The notes under the pieces were generated by a model. That model did not search any database and was not told where the DNA came from. It saw only the letters and a list, made by a program, of their open reading frames with translations. From Candidatus Amesbacteria bacterium GW2011_GWA1_47_20 (GTDB lineage: Bacteria > Patescibacteriota > Microgenomatia > CAZETR01 > Amesbacteraceae), in the NCBI GenBank assembly GCA_001002405.1, contig LCOA01000012.1:1-48378 (forward strand): a stretch of 48,378 bases of DNA, written 5' to 3'. A program made the translations under genes and the position numbers. Below, piece after piece: positions 24,732 to 32,685 of this stretch; position 1 is the first letter of the stretch; the number at the start of each line of letters is the position of its first letter.

Positions 24732-24803
24732 TGGCTGGGGAGAGATTCGGACTCTCAACCGTGGTCTTATGAAGGCCCTGCTCCGCCATTGAGCTACCCA
24801 GCC
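24732..24803 (-). tRNA. tRNA with anticodon CAU (Met or Ile2) and a weak anticodon stem
   Basis: GGCTGGG/CCCAGCC acceptor, GCTC/GAGC D stem, loop TTCATAA, GAGAG/CTCTC T stem. The anticodon stem GGGCC/GACCA has two mismatches. Confidence 0.65.
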
Positions 24804-24831
24804 ATAAATTTATGCCCATATATTTTACCAT

Positions 24832-25004
24832 TTGTTCACTCTTTGGTCGTGCAAAGAGTGAACCGAGAAACACGCCCTCACGATTGGCTAAAAATACTGC
24901 GCAAAACTATCCCTATGCGCCCCGATAGCCATCGGGACTGGAGCCGTGACTGTTCAACGTGTTTGCGCAGTATTTTCTAGACGCCAATGCGCGTTCGGGA
25001 TAGG
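24832..25004. ncRNA. unclassified structured element, copy 2 (strand undetermined)
   Basis: Aligns end to end with 13348-13520, with compensatory helix changes. Confidence 0.6.
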
Positions 25005-25013
25005 CATGAAATG

Positions 25014-25116
25014 TGATATAATTACGTGGTTAGTACGCTGAGGGAACAACCCAGGCGCTAACCCGGAGATCCAATATGTATATGAAGATGTGGATTGAAG
25101 GGAGAGCGCCTTTTTT
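25014..25116 (+). ncRNA. candidate small transcript (extended -10 promoter through an intrinsic terminator)
   Basis: TGATATAAT at 25014-25022. GGCGCT...AGCGCC hairpin at 25054-25110, followed by TTTTTT. Confidence 0.3.
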
Positions 25117-25226
25117 ATTTAAAAAAATTGGGGTTGAAAACCTAGTTTGCCTTCAAATAATGTGGGTCTATATCATCAATATGATGAATATTATAAAAAA
25201 TCAAGTGAATTTTTCTGGTAACACAT

Positions 25227-25940
25227 TCAAAATGTTTGACTGGGTGGGAGTTCCTTGGTGGGTGTGGGTGTGGTTGTTAATCCTGTTATCAATCCTTTTA
25301 TTTTCTTTAATAAGTCGGTACTCTTAGAAATTCTGATTCTTAGGGTTCCGAAGTAATTTTCTGGATGTTCATATATCTTTTTCCAGGTAGATTTTTGATA
25401 AAAAGGGCGGTTAAATTGAGATAGGGGAATTTGGGTAAGTTTTGACCAATAATTTTCAATTTCTTTAGTCCGATGATGGTGGCTTTCATTAATGCCGACC
25501 CGGAGTCTAATTTCGCTTGTGGGAATGTCTAATTGGTTTTGGAGCCAGCCTAGAGCAAATTTAATCATTTCTGGATCGGTATTGGCGAAACCCGCCATTT
25601 TGTCTTTTTTGAATCCTTCGGCCCAATAGAGAGCAGTGCCAGCTATGAGTTTTTCCCTATCGGAGAGGTTTCCGATTAGATTTTTGGCTTCTGATTTAAT
25701 TTGCTCCTCTTTTACTTTTCTGGTGAGCTGCTGTTTGAGAGAGTAGGAGAGACGACGGCCATAGAAAGGGTCTTTTGAGTTTTTTTCGAGTTGAGCTATT
25801 TGTTTTGTAGAAAGTTTTATGTCTCTACACCACAAGCTTGCAGTACTAGATGAAACTTCTAGATCTCTGGCAATGTCTTTAATACTCTTACCTTCAATCC
25901 TAAGTTTCCTAGCTTCAATTTTGAGCCTGCTTTTTGCCAT
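25227..25940 (-). CDS. HTH protein with a divergent LAGLIDADG-like core (possible free-standing homing endonuclease)
   Basis: N-terminal GKSIKDIARDLEVSSSTASLW HTH. GTALYWAEGFKKDKMAGFANTDPEMIKFALGWL resembles a LAGLIDADG helix, beta hairpin and helix. Low GC. Confidence 0.4.
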   Translation of the reverse strand: MAKSRLKIEARKLRIEGKSIKDIARDLEVSSSTASLWCRDIKLSTKQIAQLEKNSKDPFYGRRLSYSLKQQLTRKVKEEQIKSEAKNLIGNLSDREKLIAGTALYWAEGFKKDKMAGFANTDPEMIKFALGWLQNQLDIPTSEIRLRVGINESHHHRTKEIENYWSKLTQIPLSQFNRPFYQKSTWKKIYEHPENYFGTLRIRISKSTDLLKKIKGLITGLTTTPTPTKELPPSQTF

Positions 25941-25988
25941 GGTGTACTTACTGACTATATTATCTAATATCGATTTTATATTGTCAAT

Positions 25989-26014
25989 AAAAAACCCGTC
26001 TAGCGACGGGTTTT
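25989..26014 (-). terminator. bidirectional hairpin terminator downstream of the split tRNA
   Basis: AAAAACCCGTC TAGC GACGGGTTTT. Confidence 0.6.
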
Positions 26015-26074
26015 AATGGATTTTGTACTTCGACTCACTACGTTCGCTCAGTACTGCGTCGCTTACGCTCCTTG

Positions 26075-26265
26075 TTGCGGGGCCGGGAATCGCACCCGGT
26101 CTGGAAGATTATGCTTGATCTGTAATCTCAAATTACTTTGAGTGTCGGACTATATCATTACCCCGAAGGGGGGGTGTCCACCGATATAGCCAAATTTGCT
26201 ACTCCGAATTACTTCGGAGAGGGCCCATACTACTAGCCTTCCGTGCGGCTTTACACTACCCCGCA
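26075..26265 (-). tRNA. tRNA(CAU) gene interrupted in the anticodon loop by a 121-nt insertion
   Basis: Exons give GCGGGGT/GCCCCGC acceptor, GTGT/GCAC D stem, GAAGG/TCTTC anticodon stem, loop CT^CATAA and CCGGG/CCCGG T stem once 26114-26234 is removed. Confidence 0.65.
26114..26234 (-). mobile_element. 121-nt structured insertion (mini group-I-like intron candidate)
   Basis: The 5' exon ends in U and can pair GGCU with the intron's GGCC. The insertion ends in G. Hairpins: CUCCGAA-GUAA-UUCGGAG, CCCC-UUCG-GGGG and CUCAAA-GUAA-UUUGAG. It also carries AUGAUAUAGUCC. Confidence 0.45.
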
Positions 26266-26288
26266 TGTCTATTTTAAAGAACCTTGTC

Positions 26289-26297
26289 ATTATATCA
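26289..26297 (-). promoter_or_regulatory. extended -10 element (TGATATAAT) upstream of the split tRNA
   Basis: The reverse complement of ATTATATCA. It lies about 24 nt upstream of the tRNA 5' end. Confidence 0.5.
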
Positions 26298-26323
26298 CTT
26301 AATTGAGGCTGATTTAAACCAGT

Positions 26324-26686
26324 CTAGAAAGGAGGATTTGTTTCTTCTTCTCGTTTTTTTATTCTGGTGCGGAGGGCTACTGCACCTTTTTCGTGGCTTT
26401 TAACCTGGAAAGGACAGCTGCTGCCTTGAACTCGGGTTTCCAGCCCGTCCGGTCCGGTATTTGTTAACAGGCAACCGAATTGTTCCCCCCTGTCAGGGTG
26501 TGAACAGATGGCGTGGTAGTAAGCACGAATCCGATTCTTAGTGTCTATTCTTGGATAGGCATAGCTGAAAGCTACGCAATCTACTGGCAACCTCGCTCCT
26601 CTTTTGGAGGGAGTTAGGAGCTTAGGTATTTTTCTGAGAATTGCGAAGAGGGAGCGTTGTAAACTTTCTGGGTATTCCTTTGTCAT
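26324..26686 (-). CDS. hypothetical Cys/His-containing protein (internal Met start preferred)
   Basis: ORF 26324..26788. Met at 26686 avoids overlap with the divergent nuclease gene. Confidence 0.4.
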   Translation of the reverse strand: MTKEYPESLQRSLFAILRKIPKLLTPSKRGARLPVDCVAFSYAYPRIDTKNRIRAYYHAICSHPDRGEQFGCLLTNTGPDGLETRVQGSSCPFQVKSHEKGAVALRTRIKKREEETNPPF

Positions 26687-26726
26687 TAAGTCCCAAAATA
26701 ACACATTTTTTGCTACACTTAAAGAA

Positions 26727-27275
26727 GTGAAGAAAAAGAGAGTGACTGCAGATTGGCTGAGAAAAATTGGGGTGAAGGAGGTGCTCATTCCCGGACTTAT
26801 TTTGGCGGGAGTTTTGGGTTGGACGGGGTGGAATAAATTGGACGAAAAGAAAGTAAGATTTCCGGAAAGTGGAGTGGTGAGAATAATTACAGATGGAGAT
26901 ACTTTTGAATTGCAAAGTGGAGTGAGAGTAAGACTGATCGGGATAAACGCGCCCGCAAATGATGCGAGGAGTAAAGACGGACTGGCAAGACTAGTGGAAG
27001 ATAAGAGGGTGTGGCTGGAATACGATAGATACCAGGACGATAAATATGGGCGGGTATTAGCCTGGATATGGATGGGATGCGAAGAAACCCCTAAATTTAC
27101 TCCTCCAGATTATATGCGGCTGTCTTTTAACCGGTCCCGGCCGGGGCTGACAGAAAATCCTAAGGGATGTAAAAAAGGCAAATTGGTGCAGGAGGAACTT
27201 ATAAAAGAGGGTTTAGTAAAAATGGAAGTTTACAAAGACCGGGGCGAACTGAAGTACGAAAATAGGTTAAAATAG
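26727..27275 (+). CDS. thermonuclease (staphylococcal nuclease-like), membrane anchored
   Basis: DGDTFEL..VRLIGINAP and YGRVLAWIW SNase blocks. The GTG start gives a KKKR plus TM N-terminus. Confidence 0.8.
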   Translation: MKKKRVTADWLRKIGVKEVLIPGLILAGVLGWTGWNKLDEKKVRFPESGVVRIITDGDTFELQSGVRVRLIGINAPANDARSKDGLARLVEDKRVWLEYDRYQDDKYGRVLAWIWMGCEETPKFTPPDYMRLSFNRSRPGLTENPKGCKKGKLVQEELIKEGLVKMEVYKDRGELKYENRLK

Positions 27276-27279
27276 GGGC

Positions 27280-28230
27280 ATGAGCAAAACCAGAATATTA
27301 TCAGGAATCAGATCCAGCGGGAGACTGCACATTGGGAATTATTTGGGTGCGGTGAAGGGTATGCTGGCCCTGCAAGAAGATTCTGCTTACGAAACTTATT
27401 ATATGGTGGCGGATTTGCATGCCTTGACGACCCCATATGACAAAGAGAAATTTGCCGAGGAAACCAGAAGTGTCATTAAGGATTATTTAGCGGCGGGACT
27501 GGATCCAGAAAAGAGCGTGCTTTTTGTACAGTCTCAAGTGCCGGAACACGTAGAGTTGGCATATTATTTCTCGACAGTAACGACACTGGCGAAAATGACG
27601 CACCTGCCTACTTACAAAGAAAAGGTAAAACAACTTCCGGACCATGTAACCATGGCCTTGGTGAATTATCCGGTACTCATGGCGGCGGACATTTTGGCTT
27701 ATAAAGCGGGACTGGTGCCGGTGGGAATTGACCAGGAGCCGCATTTGGAAGCAGCTAGAGAGATAGCCCGACGGATGAACGCGGATTTCGGGACAGATTT
27801 TCCAGAGCCCAAAAGATTTGCGACCAAGGGGGAATATGTACCGTCACTTTCCGGAGAGGGAAAGATGAGTAAGTCGGTGGAGGGAAGTTATATTCTTCTA
27901 ACCGACGGATTGGATGAAATTCGGGCCAAACTAGCCAAAGCTCCAACCGACGAGAGAGTGAGTAATTTATTTAAATTGGTGGAGCTGTTTAAACACGAAA
28001 GAATGGAATATTATGCAGCTGGACAAAAAAGAGGAGATATCCGCTATTCAGAACTTAAAGAAGAATTGTCCTTGGCTATTTACGAAGAATTAAAACCCAT
28101 GCAGGAAAAACGAAATAAGCTGACTGATGAATATATAGACGAAGTAATTAAAAAAGGAGCTGAAAGAGCCAGAAAGGTGGCCGTCGAAACCGTAAGAGAA
28201 GTAAAAGAAAAAATGGGGATTTTAGTATGA
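27280..28230 (+). CDS. trpS: tryptophan--tRNA ligase
   Basis: SGIRSSGRLHIGNYLG (HIGH) and KMSKS. Confidence 0.95.
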   Translation: MSKTRILSGIRSSGRLHIGNYLGAVKGMLALQEDSAYETYYMVADLHALTTPYDKEKFAEETRSVIKDYLAAGLDPEKSVLFVQSQVPEHVELAYYFSTVTTLAKMTHLPTYKEKVKQLPDHVTMALVNYPVLMAADILAYKAGLVPVGIDQEPHLEAAREIARRMNADFGTDFPEPKRFATKGEYVPSLSGEGKMSKSVEGSYILLTDGLDEIRAKLAKAPTDERVSNLFKLVELFKHERMEYYAAGQKRGDIRYSELKEELSLAIYEELKPMQEKRNKLTDEYIDEVIKKGAERARKVAVETVREVKEKMGILV

Positions 28231-28565
28231 TGACGATTGATGATTTTGCCAAGGTGGAAATGAGAGTGGGGGAGGTGACGGAAGCAAACGAAGTGATTAA
28301 GAGTACTAAGTTGATTAAATTAACCGTTAATTTTGGTCCTTCGGCAGGCTCAGAATTAAGGACGATATTTACAGGAGTGAAACAGTGGTACAAACCAAAA
28401 TATTTCTTAAATAAAAAATTTGTGTTTGTAACGAATTTGCAACCCCGGCGGATGATGGGAGAGGAAAGTCAGGGCATGATTCTGGCGGCAGAAGGATCCG
28501 ACGGAAAACCCATCTTTCTGGTGCCGGCTGGTAAGAAGGCGGAAATTGGGGCTAAAGTTAGATAG
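28227..28565 (+). CDS. tRNA-binding domain protein (CsaA/Trbp111-like)
   Basis: FAKVEMRVGEV and ESQGMILAAE OB-fold blocks. Confidence 0.85.
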   Translation: MMTIDDFAKVEMRVGEVTEANEVIKSTKLIKLTVNFGPSAGSELRTIFTGVKQWYKPKYFLNKKFVFVTNLQPRRMMGEESQGMILAAEGSDGKPIFLVPAGKKAEIGAKVR

Positions 28566-28622
28566 ATATTTTTGTTTGCTCCGATATTGACTTAGGATCG
28601 TCTTAGATATAGACTTAAGCGC

Positions 28623-29594
28623 ATGGGCGGGGATGGAGGAGATTTGGAGTTAAAGTCTATAGAATCTGGCATTAAGGTTAATAAGAGTTTCAGAACTCAA
28701 TACGACGAGGCGCTGGGAGAGGTGCGGAGAAGAGCTGTCTGGGGAGCTGCTTTTTCAATGGATGACGTTGGGCGATTGTTGCATTTGCACGATCAGAGTC
28801 GGGACGAGCCAGAGGGTGGTGAGAGACAAGCTGGTTCTATTAAGATAAATCAAGACGCTCCGTGGTTTCAGTTAAAGAAATTAAAGAACAAATTGTTGGC
28901 AGGAGGGTTCTATAATAGCGATCTGGGCGCTGTGGAAAAGATCGACGGCGAGAAGGTTGGTAGTGTCTTGTTGGTGAAGGGTGATTATGGGAAGGAGAGG
29001 GAGAGTGTCGTGAAGATTGGGAGTGGATTGAAGGAGGTTTTGCGAGATATATATTCGGTTGGGCCTGGTGGGCTTTCGAGTTATGTGAGAGGAGCTTCAA
29101 AAGAGGAAAAGCGAGGGGTAAGTAAAAGGGTGGGAGAGGGGGTACAAGTTCGCGAACAATCATCTGTTAGAAGGCTTCTGTCCGTGCTAGATTCTGTCCT
29201 TAGGGAAATGGATAAAATCCAGTATGATCGGGTTTTGACTAATATTGGGGTGCGGTTGAAGAGAGGCGAAATTTCTGAAGGAGTGGCACTTGCGGAAGCC
29301 CTGGGCGAGGCTTATGACTCAAAAATTGCGACGGGAGGTGTGGTAAAGAAGGAGCTGGTGTCTGGAATCTCTCAACTAAGGGAACTTATGGGGAATTTGG
29401 AAGGTGGTAAGGTAGATGAGATAAAAAGAATGATTGAGGAGGATGAGCTTGGGGTTTTAGGATCTCGTTTGCGTGAGATAGGGGGCGATCTTAAAAAGTG
29501 TCTTAATGGAAAGGCTGATGATGGAGCGGGGGCGAAACTGGAGGAGTATTTGGGTCGTTTGATGGAAGTGGAAGCGGGAGCCCACCTTCGCTAA
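28623..29594 (+). CDS. hypothetical protein
   Basis: 323-aa ORF rich in G, E and K. No recognisable motif. Confidence 0.5.
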   Translation: MGGDGGDLELKSIESGIKVNKSFRTQYDEALGEVRRRAVWGAAFSMDDVGRLLHLHDQSRDEPEGGERQAGSIKINQDAPWFQLKKLKNKLLAGGFYNSDLGAVEKIDGEKVGSVLLVKGDYGKERESVVKIGSGLKEVLRDIYSVGPGGLSSYVRGASKEEKRGVSKRVGEGVQVREQSSVRRLLSVLDSVLREMDKIQYDRVLTNIGVRLKRGEISEGVALAEALGEAYDSKIATGGVVKKELVSGISQLRELMGNLEGGKVDEIKRMIEEDELGVLGSRLREIGGDLKKCLNGKADDGAGAKLEEYLGRLMEVEAGAHLR

Positions 29595-29629
29595 AGCTCT
29601 GGCGGGCGCGGCGAAAGTGCGGTGATGGC

Positions 29630-29658
29630 TTGACATACTGGAATACGCATGGTAGTAT
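29630..29658 (+). promoter_or_regulatory. sigma70-like promoter of the Phd/PIN pair
   Basis: TTGACA, 17 nt, TAGTAT. Confidence 0.55.
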
Positions 29659-29666
29659 GATTGCAT

Positions 29667-29948
29667 ATGGATATGCAGACAATAACCACCACCTATGCCC
29701 AGAGGAATTTTGGCAAGATTTTGGACGAATTGGATGAGCCGGTGATAGTGATGCGGGATAGCGAGCCGGAAGCTGTATTGATGGACTATGAAGATTATAA
29801 GAGCTATGTGAGGGAGAAAAAGAAAGCGGACACGGAAAAAGTGATGCGCATGCTTGAGCGGATACATAAGAGAAATGCGCATATTCCAGCAGAAGAAGTG
29901 GAAAGAGATGTGGAAGAGGCATTAAAGTATGTTAGGAGTCATCGTTGA
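29667..29948 (+). CDS. Phd/YefM-family antitoxin
   Basis: AQRNFGKILDELDEPVIVMRDSEPEAVLMDYEDY. Confidence 0.8.
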   Translation: MDMQTITTTYAQRNFGKILDELDEPVIVMRDSEPEAVLMDYEDYKSYVREKKKADTEKVMRMLERIHKRNAHIPAEEVERDVEEALKYVRSHR

Positions 29949-30369
29949 CACTAACGTCCTGGTGCGGGCGGTGTTGTCCGGTAGGGGGAGAGAAGATGCA
30001 ATAATAGATAAAATTGGTAATGAGGACTGGAGATTGGCGTATGGAAAAGGGCAATTGGAGGAGATGGTAAGAGTGCTGGGGTACGAAAGGATTTCCAAGA
30101 AGTATAAATGGGATAAGGATGCGGTTGACGAATTAATTTCTTGGGTTGTCAAGTACGGGAGGCAGATCCAGGCGGCAGAAGTGGAGATGTGTAGGGACAA
30201 GGATGATAATTATGTGGTAGGGTTAGCGGTGCGGGCGGCGAGAAAATCCCTGGTTTATTTAGTGACTGGGGATAAGGATATTTTGGATCTGAAAGGTAAG
30301 GTTGAAAATGTGACAATAATTACCCCGGGTGAGTTTTTGAAAGTGGAAGTAGGGGCTCGAGTAAGGTAG
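29929..30369 (+). CDS. PIN-family toxin (TIGR00305-like)
   Basis: VIVDTNVLVRAV and YLVTGDKDILDL. Confidence 0.85.
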   Translation: MLGVIVDTNVLVRAVLSGRGREDAIIDKIGNEDWRLAYGKGQLEEMVRVLGYERISKKYKWDKDAVDELISWVVKYGRQIQAAEVEMCRDKDDNYVVGLAVRAARKSLVYLVTGDKDILDLKGKVENVTIITPGEFLKVEVGARVR

Positions 30370-30380
30370 AATGAGGCGCT

Positions 30381-32267
30381 ATGAAGAAGGAGCCTGATAA
30401 GACAACTAAGACAAATGGGACAAATAGGACGAATGGAAAGAGGCCAGTGCGGGGGGTAATGATTCAGATGCAGTTTGATTTACAAAGACTGGCGTGGTGG
30501 GCGGTGGTGGGATTGATGATTTTTTCCTTGGCCGGATTGTGGATGTCCGGATCCAAAGTACAAAAAGAGGTGCAACTGTCACAAGCCTTGGAAGACATGA
30601 GAGCCGGGAAAATAGAGAAAGTGGAGGTATATGCCGACCGGTTGGCGCTGTTTTACACAGACAAAGAAGACGAACCCATGTTTTCTAGAAAAGAAGGGAA
30701 CGTCAGCTTTACGGAGATTTTGGATCGGGCGCAAATTAAACCGGACACAGTGAAATACGAAATTAAGGATCAGACGTTTGGACAAGTAATGACGGCGGTG
30801 TTGCCGTCGGTGATTGGGACGGGATTTGTGCTCTTAGTTCTGCTGTACATGATGCGTCAGGCGAGAGGTCAGCAAGACAGCATATTTTCTTTTGGCCAGA
30901 GCCGGGCCAGATTGTTTGACAAAGGCAAACAGTCGGTGAAATTTTCGGATGTGGCCGGAGTGGATGAGGCCAAAAAAGAGCTGGAAGAAGTAGTGGACTT
31001 TTTGAAAAACCCGGGGAAGTATAAAGCCCTGGGGGCCAGAACTCCCAAAGGGGCTTTACTGATTGGTCCATCGGGCGTGGGAAAAACACTTTTGGCCCGG
31101 GCGATTGCGGGGGAGGCAGGGGTGCCGTTTTACAGTATGGCCGGATCTGAATTTATGGAAATGCTGGTGGGGGTGGGGAGTGCCCGGGTGAGGGATTTGT
31201 TTGCCACAGCCAAGAAAAACGCTCCATCCATAATTTTCATCGATGAGGTGGATGCCATTGGCCGGCAGAGAGGACACGGGTTGATGGGGGGACATGATGA
31301 GAGAGAGCAAACGTTAAATCAGATACTGGTGGAGATGGACGGGTTTACGGCAAATGAAAACGTGGTAGTGCTGGCAGCCACGAATCGCCCGGAACTATTG
31401 GACCCGGCATTGGTGCGGCCGGGACGGTTTGACCGGAGAGTAATGGTGGATATGCCGGACATTGAAGGGCGGAAAGCGATTTTGGCTATTTATGCAAAGA
31501 ATAAGCCATTTGTAAAGTCGGTGAAGTGGGAAGCGGTGGCTAAGCGGACGGTGGGGTTCTCTGGAGCGGATTTGGAAAATATGCTGAATGAAGCGGCGAT
31601 TGGGGCGGCCAGAGAAAGCCTAAAAGAGATTACGATGGAGAACATCGAAGAGGCAGCCACAAAAGTAAAACTGGGGCCGCAGAAAAAACGCTTGCAGAGT
31701 GAGGATGATCGGAAAATGACGGCGTATCATGAGGCGGGTCACGCGGTGGTGAATTGGGCGCAGAAAGGATTGGATCCCGTGCATAGAATTTCCATTGTAT
31801 CCCGGGGGATGAGCCTGGGTCACACTCTAGTTCCACCCGCAGCTGACCGGGTACATGAAACTAAGTCCCGATTGCTGTCTCAAATTGCCATGATGCTGGG
31901 CGGGCGGGCGGCGGAAGAGCTGGTTTTCCATGAGTTTACGACGGGAGCCAGCAATGATATCGATAAGGCCTCGAGTGTAGCTCGGGATATGGTAATGGAA
32001 TATGGCATGAGTAATTTGGGGCCGATTAATTATGGTTCGGAGCCGGATGTGATTGATTGGGGTCGGGGATATATGGAGCCGACGCAAATTTCGCCTGACG
32101 TACAGGCTAAAATTGACGCAGAGGTGAAAAAAATTATTGACGAGGGCTACAAGAAAGCCCAGATAATTCTGAAAAAGCACAGAAAGAAAATGGACAAAGT
32201 GGTAGAGAGGCTGATGAAAGTAGAGACCATGGATGGCGACGAATTCGCTAAAATGATGGCGAATTGA
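30381..32267 (+). CDS. ftsH: ATP-dependent zinc metalloprotease FtsH
   Basis: GPSGVGKTLLARA, IIFIDEVDA, the SRH region and HEAGHAV. Confidence 0.95.
   Translation: MKKEPDKTTKTNGTNRTNGKRPVRGVMIQMQFDLQRLAWWAVVGLMIFSLAGLWMSGSKVQKEVQLSQALEDMRAGKIEKVEVYADRLALFYTDKEDEPMFSRKEGNVSFTEILDRAQIKPDTVKYEIKDQTFGQVMTAVLPSVIGTGFVLLVLLYMMRQARGQQDSIFSFGQSRARLFDKGKQSVKFSDVAGVDEAKKELEEVVDFLKNPGKYKALGARTPKGALLIGPSGVGKTLLARAIAGEAGVPFYSMAGSEFMEMLVGVGSARVRDLFATAKKNAPSIIFIDEVDAIGRQRGHGLMGGHDEREQTLNQILVEMDGFTANENVVVLAATNRPELLDPALVRPGRFDRRVMVDMPDIEGRKAILAIYAKNKPFVKSVKWEAVAKRTVGFSGADLENMLNEAAIGAARESLKEITMENIEEAATKVKLGPQKKRLQSEDDRKMTAYHEAGHAVVNWAQKGLDPVHRISIVSRGMSLGHTLVPPAADRVHETKSRLLSQIAMMLGGRAAEELVFHEFTTGASNDIDKASSVARDMVMEYGMSNLGPINYGSEPDVIDWGRGYMEPTQISPDVQAKIDAEVKKIIDEGYKKAQIILKKHRKKMDKVVERLMKVETMDGDEFAKMMAN
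30402..30437. repeat. 9-nt array (ACAAATAGG-like x4) in the ftsH 5' coding region
   Basis: Encodes TTKTNGTNRTNG. Confidence 0.75.
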
Positions 32268-32298
32268 TTAGCACGTGATTTTGAGACATGATTAGCAC

Positions 32299-32685
32299 AT
32301 GAGACCCGTTAAGGCACCGGTGTTGTTTGAAGATTTGACTTACAAAATAATAGGGGCTGCAATGGAAGTACATAAGATCTTGGGACCAATACACAAGGAA
32401 ACCGTTTATCAAAAGGCTCTAGAGAAAGAGTTTTTTGATAGAGGATTGAAAGTTCAACGGGAGGTAGATTTACCGGTAAAATATGGTGATATTAAGGTGG
32501 GAACTTATAGGCCGGATTTTGTGGTGGGTGAAAGCGTGGTGGTGGAAATTAAGGCTTTAGAGTTTTTGCCAAAAAAGACTGAGGTGCAGCTGAGCTATTA
32601 TTTGAAGGTAACTGGCTATAAAATAGGGTTACTTTTGAATTTTGGGGCACCAAGTTTGGAAGTAAGGAGAAGAATTTATGGTTAA
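32299..32685 (+). CDS. GxxExxY family protein (PD-(D/E)XK-like)
   Basis: IIGAAMEVHKILGPIHKETVYQKAL and the VVVEIKA block. Confidence 0.85.
   Translation: MRPVKAPVLFEDLTYKIIGAAMEVHKILGPIHKETVYQKALEKEFFDRGLKVQREVDLPVKYGDIKVGTYRPDFVVGESVVVEIKALEFLPKKTEVQLSYYLKVTGYKIGLLLNFGAPSLEVRRRIYG

Noticed and set aside
22853-24803. Integrase flanked by two tRNA genes considered as an integrated mobile element
   Set aside because: No direct repeats of either tRNA 3' end were found, and the intervening genes (YbaK-like, FtsB-like) are housekeeping. The recombinase is more simply a chromosomal XerC/XerD homolog.
25076-25327. 83-aa ORF with a Trp-rich hydrophobic tail
   Set aside because: It runs through a strong hairpin plus T6 terminator and overlaps the 3' end of the minus-strand HTH gene. 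Coding status is not supported.
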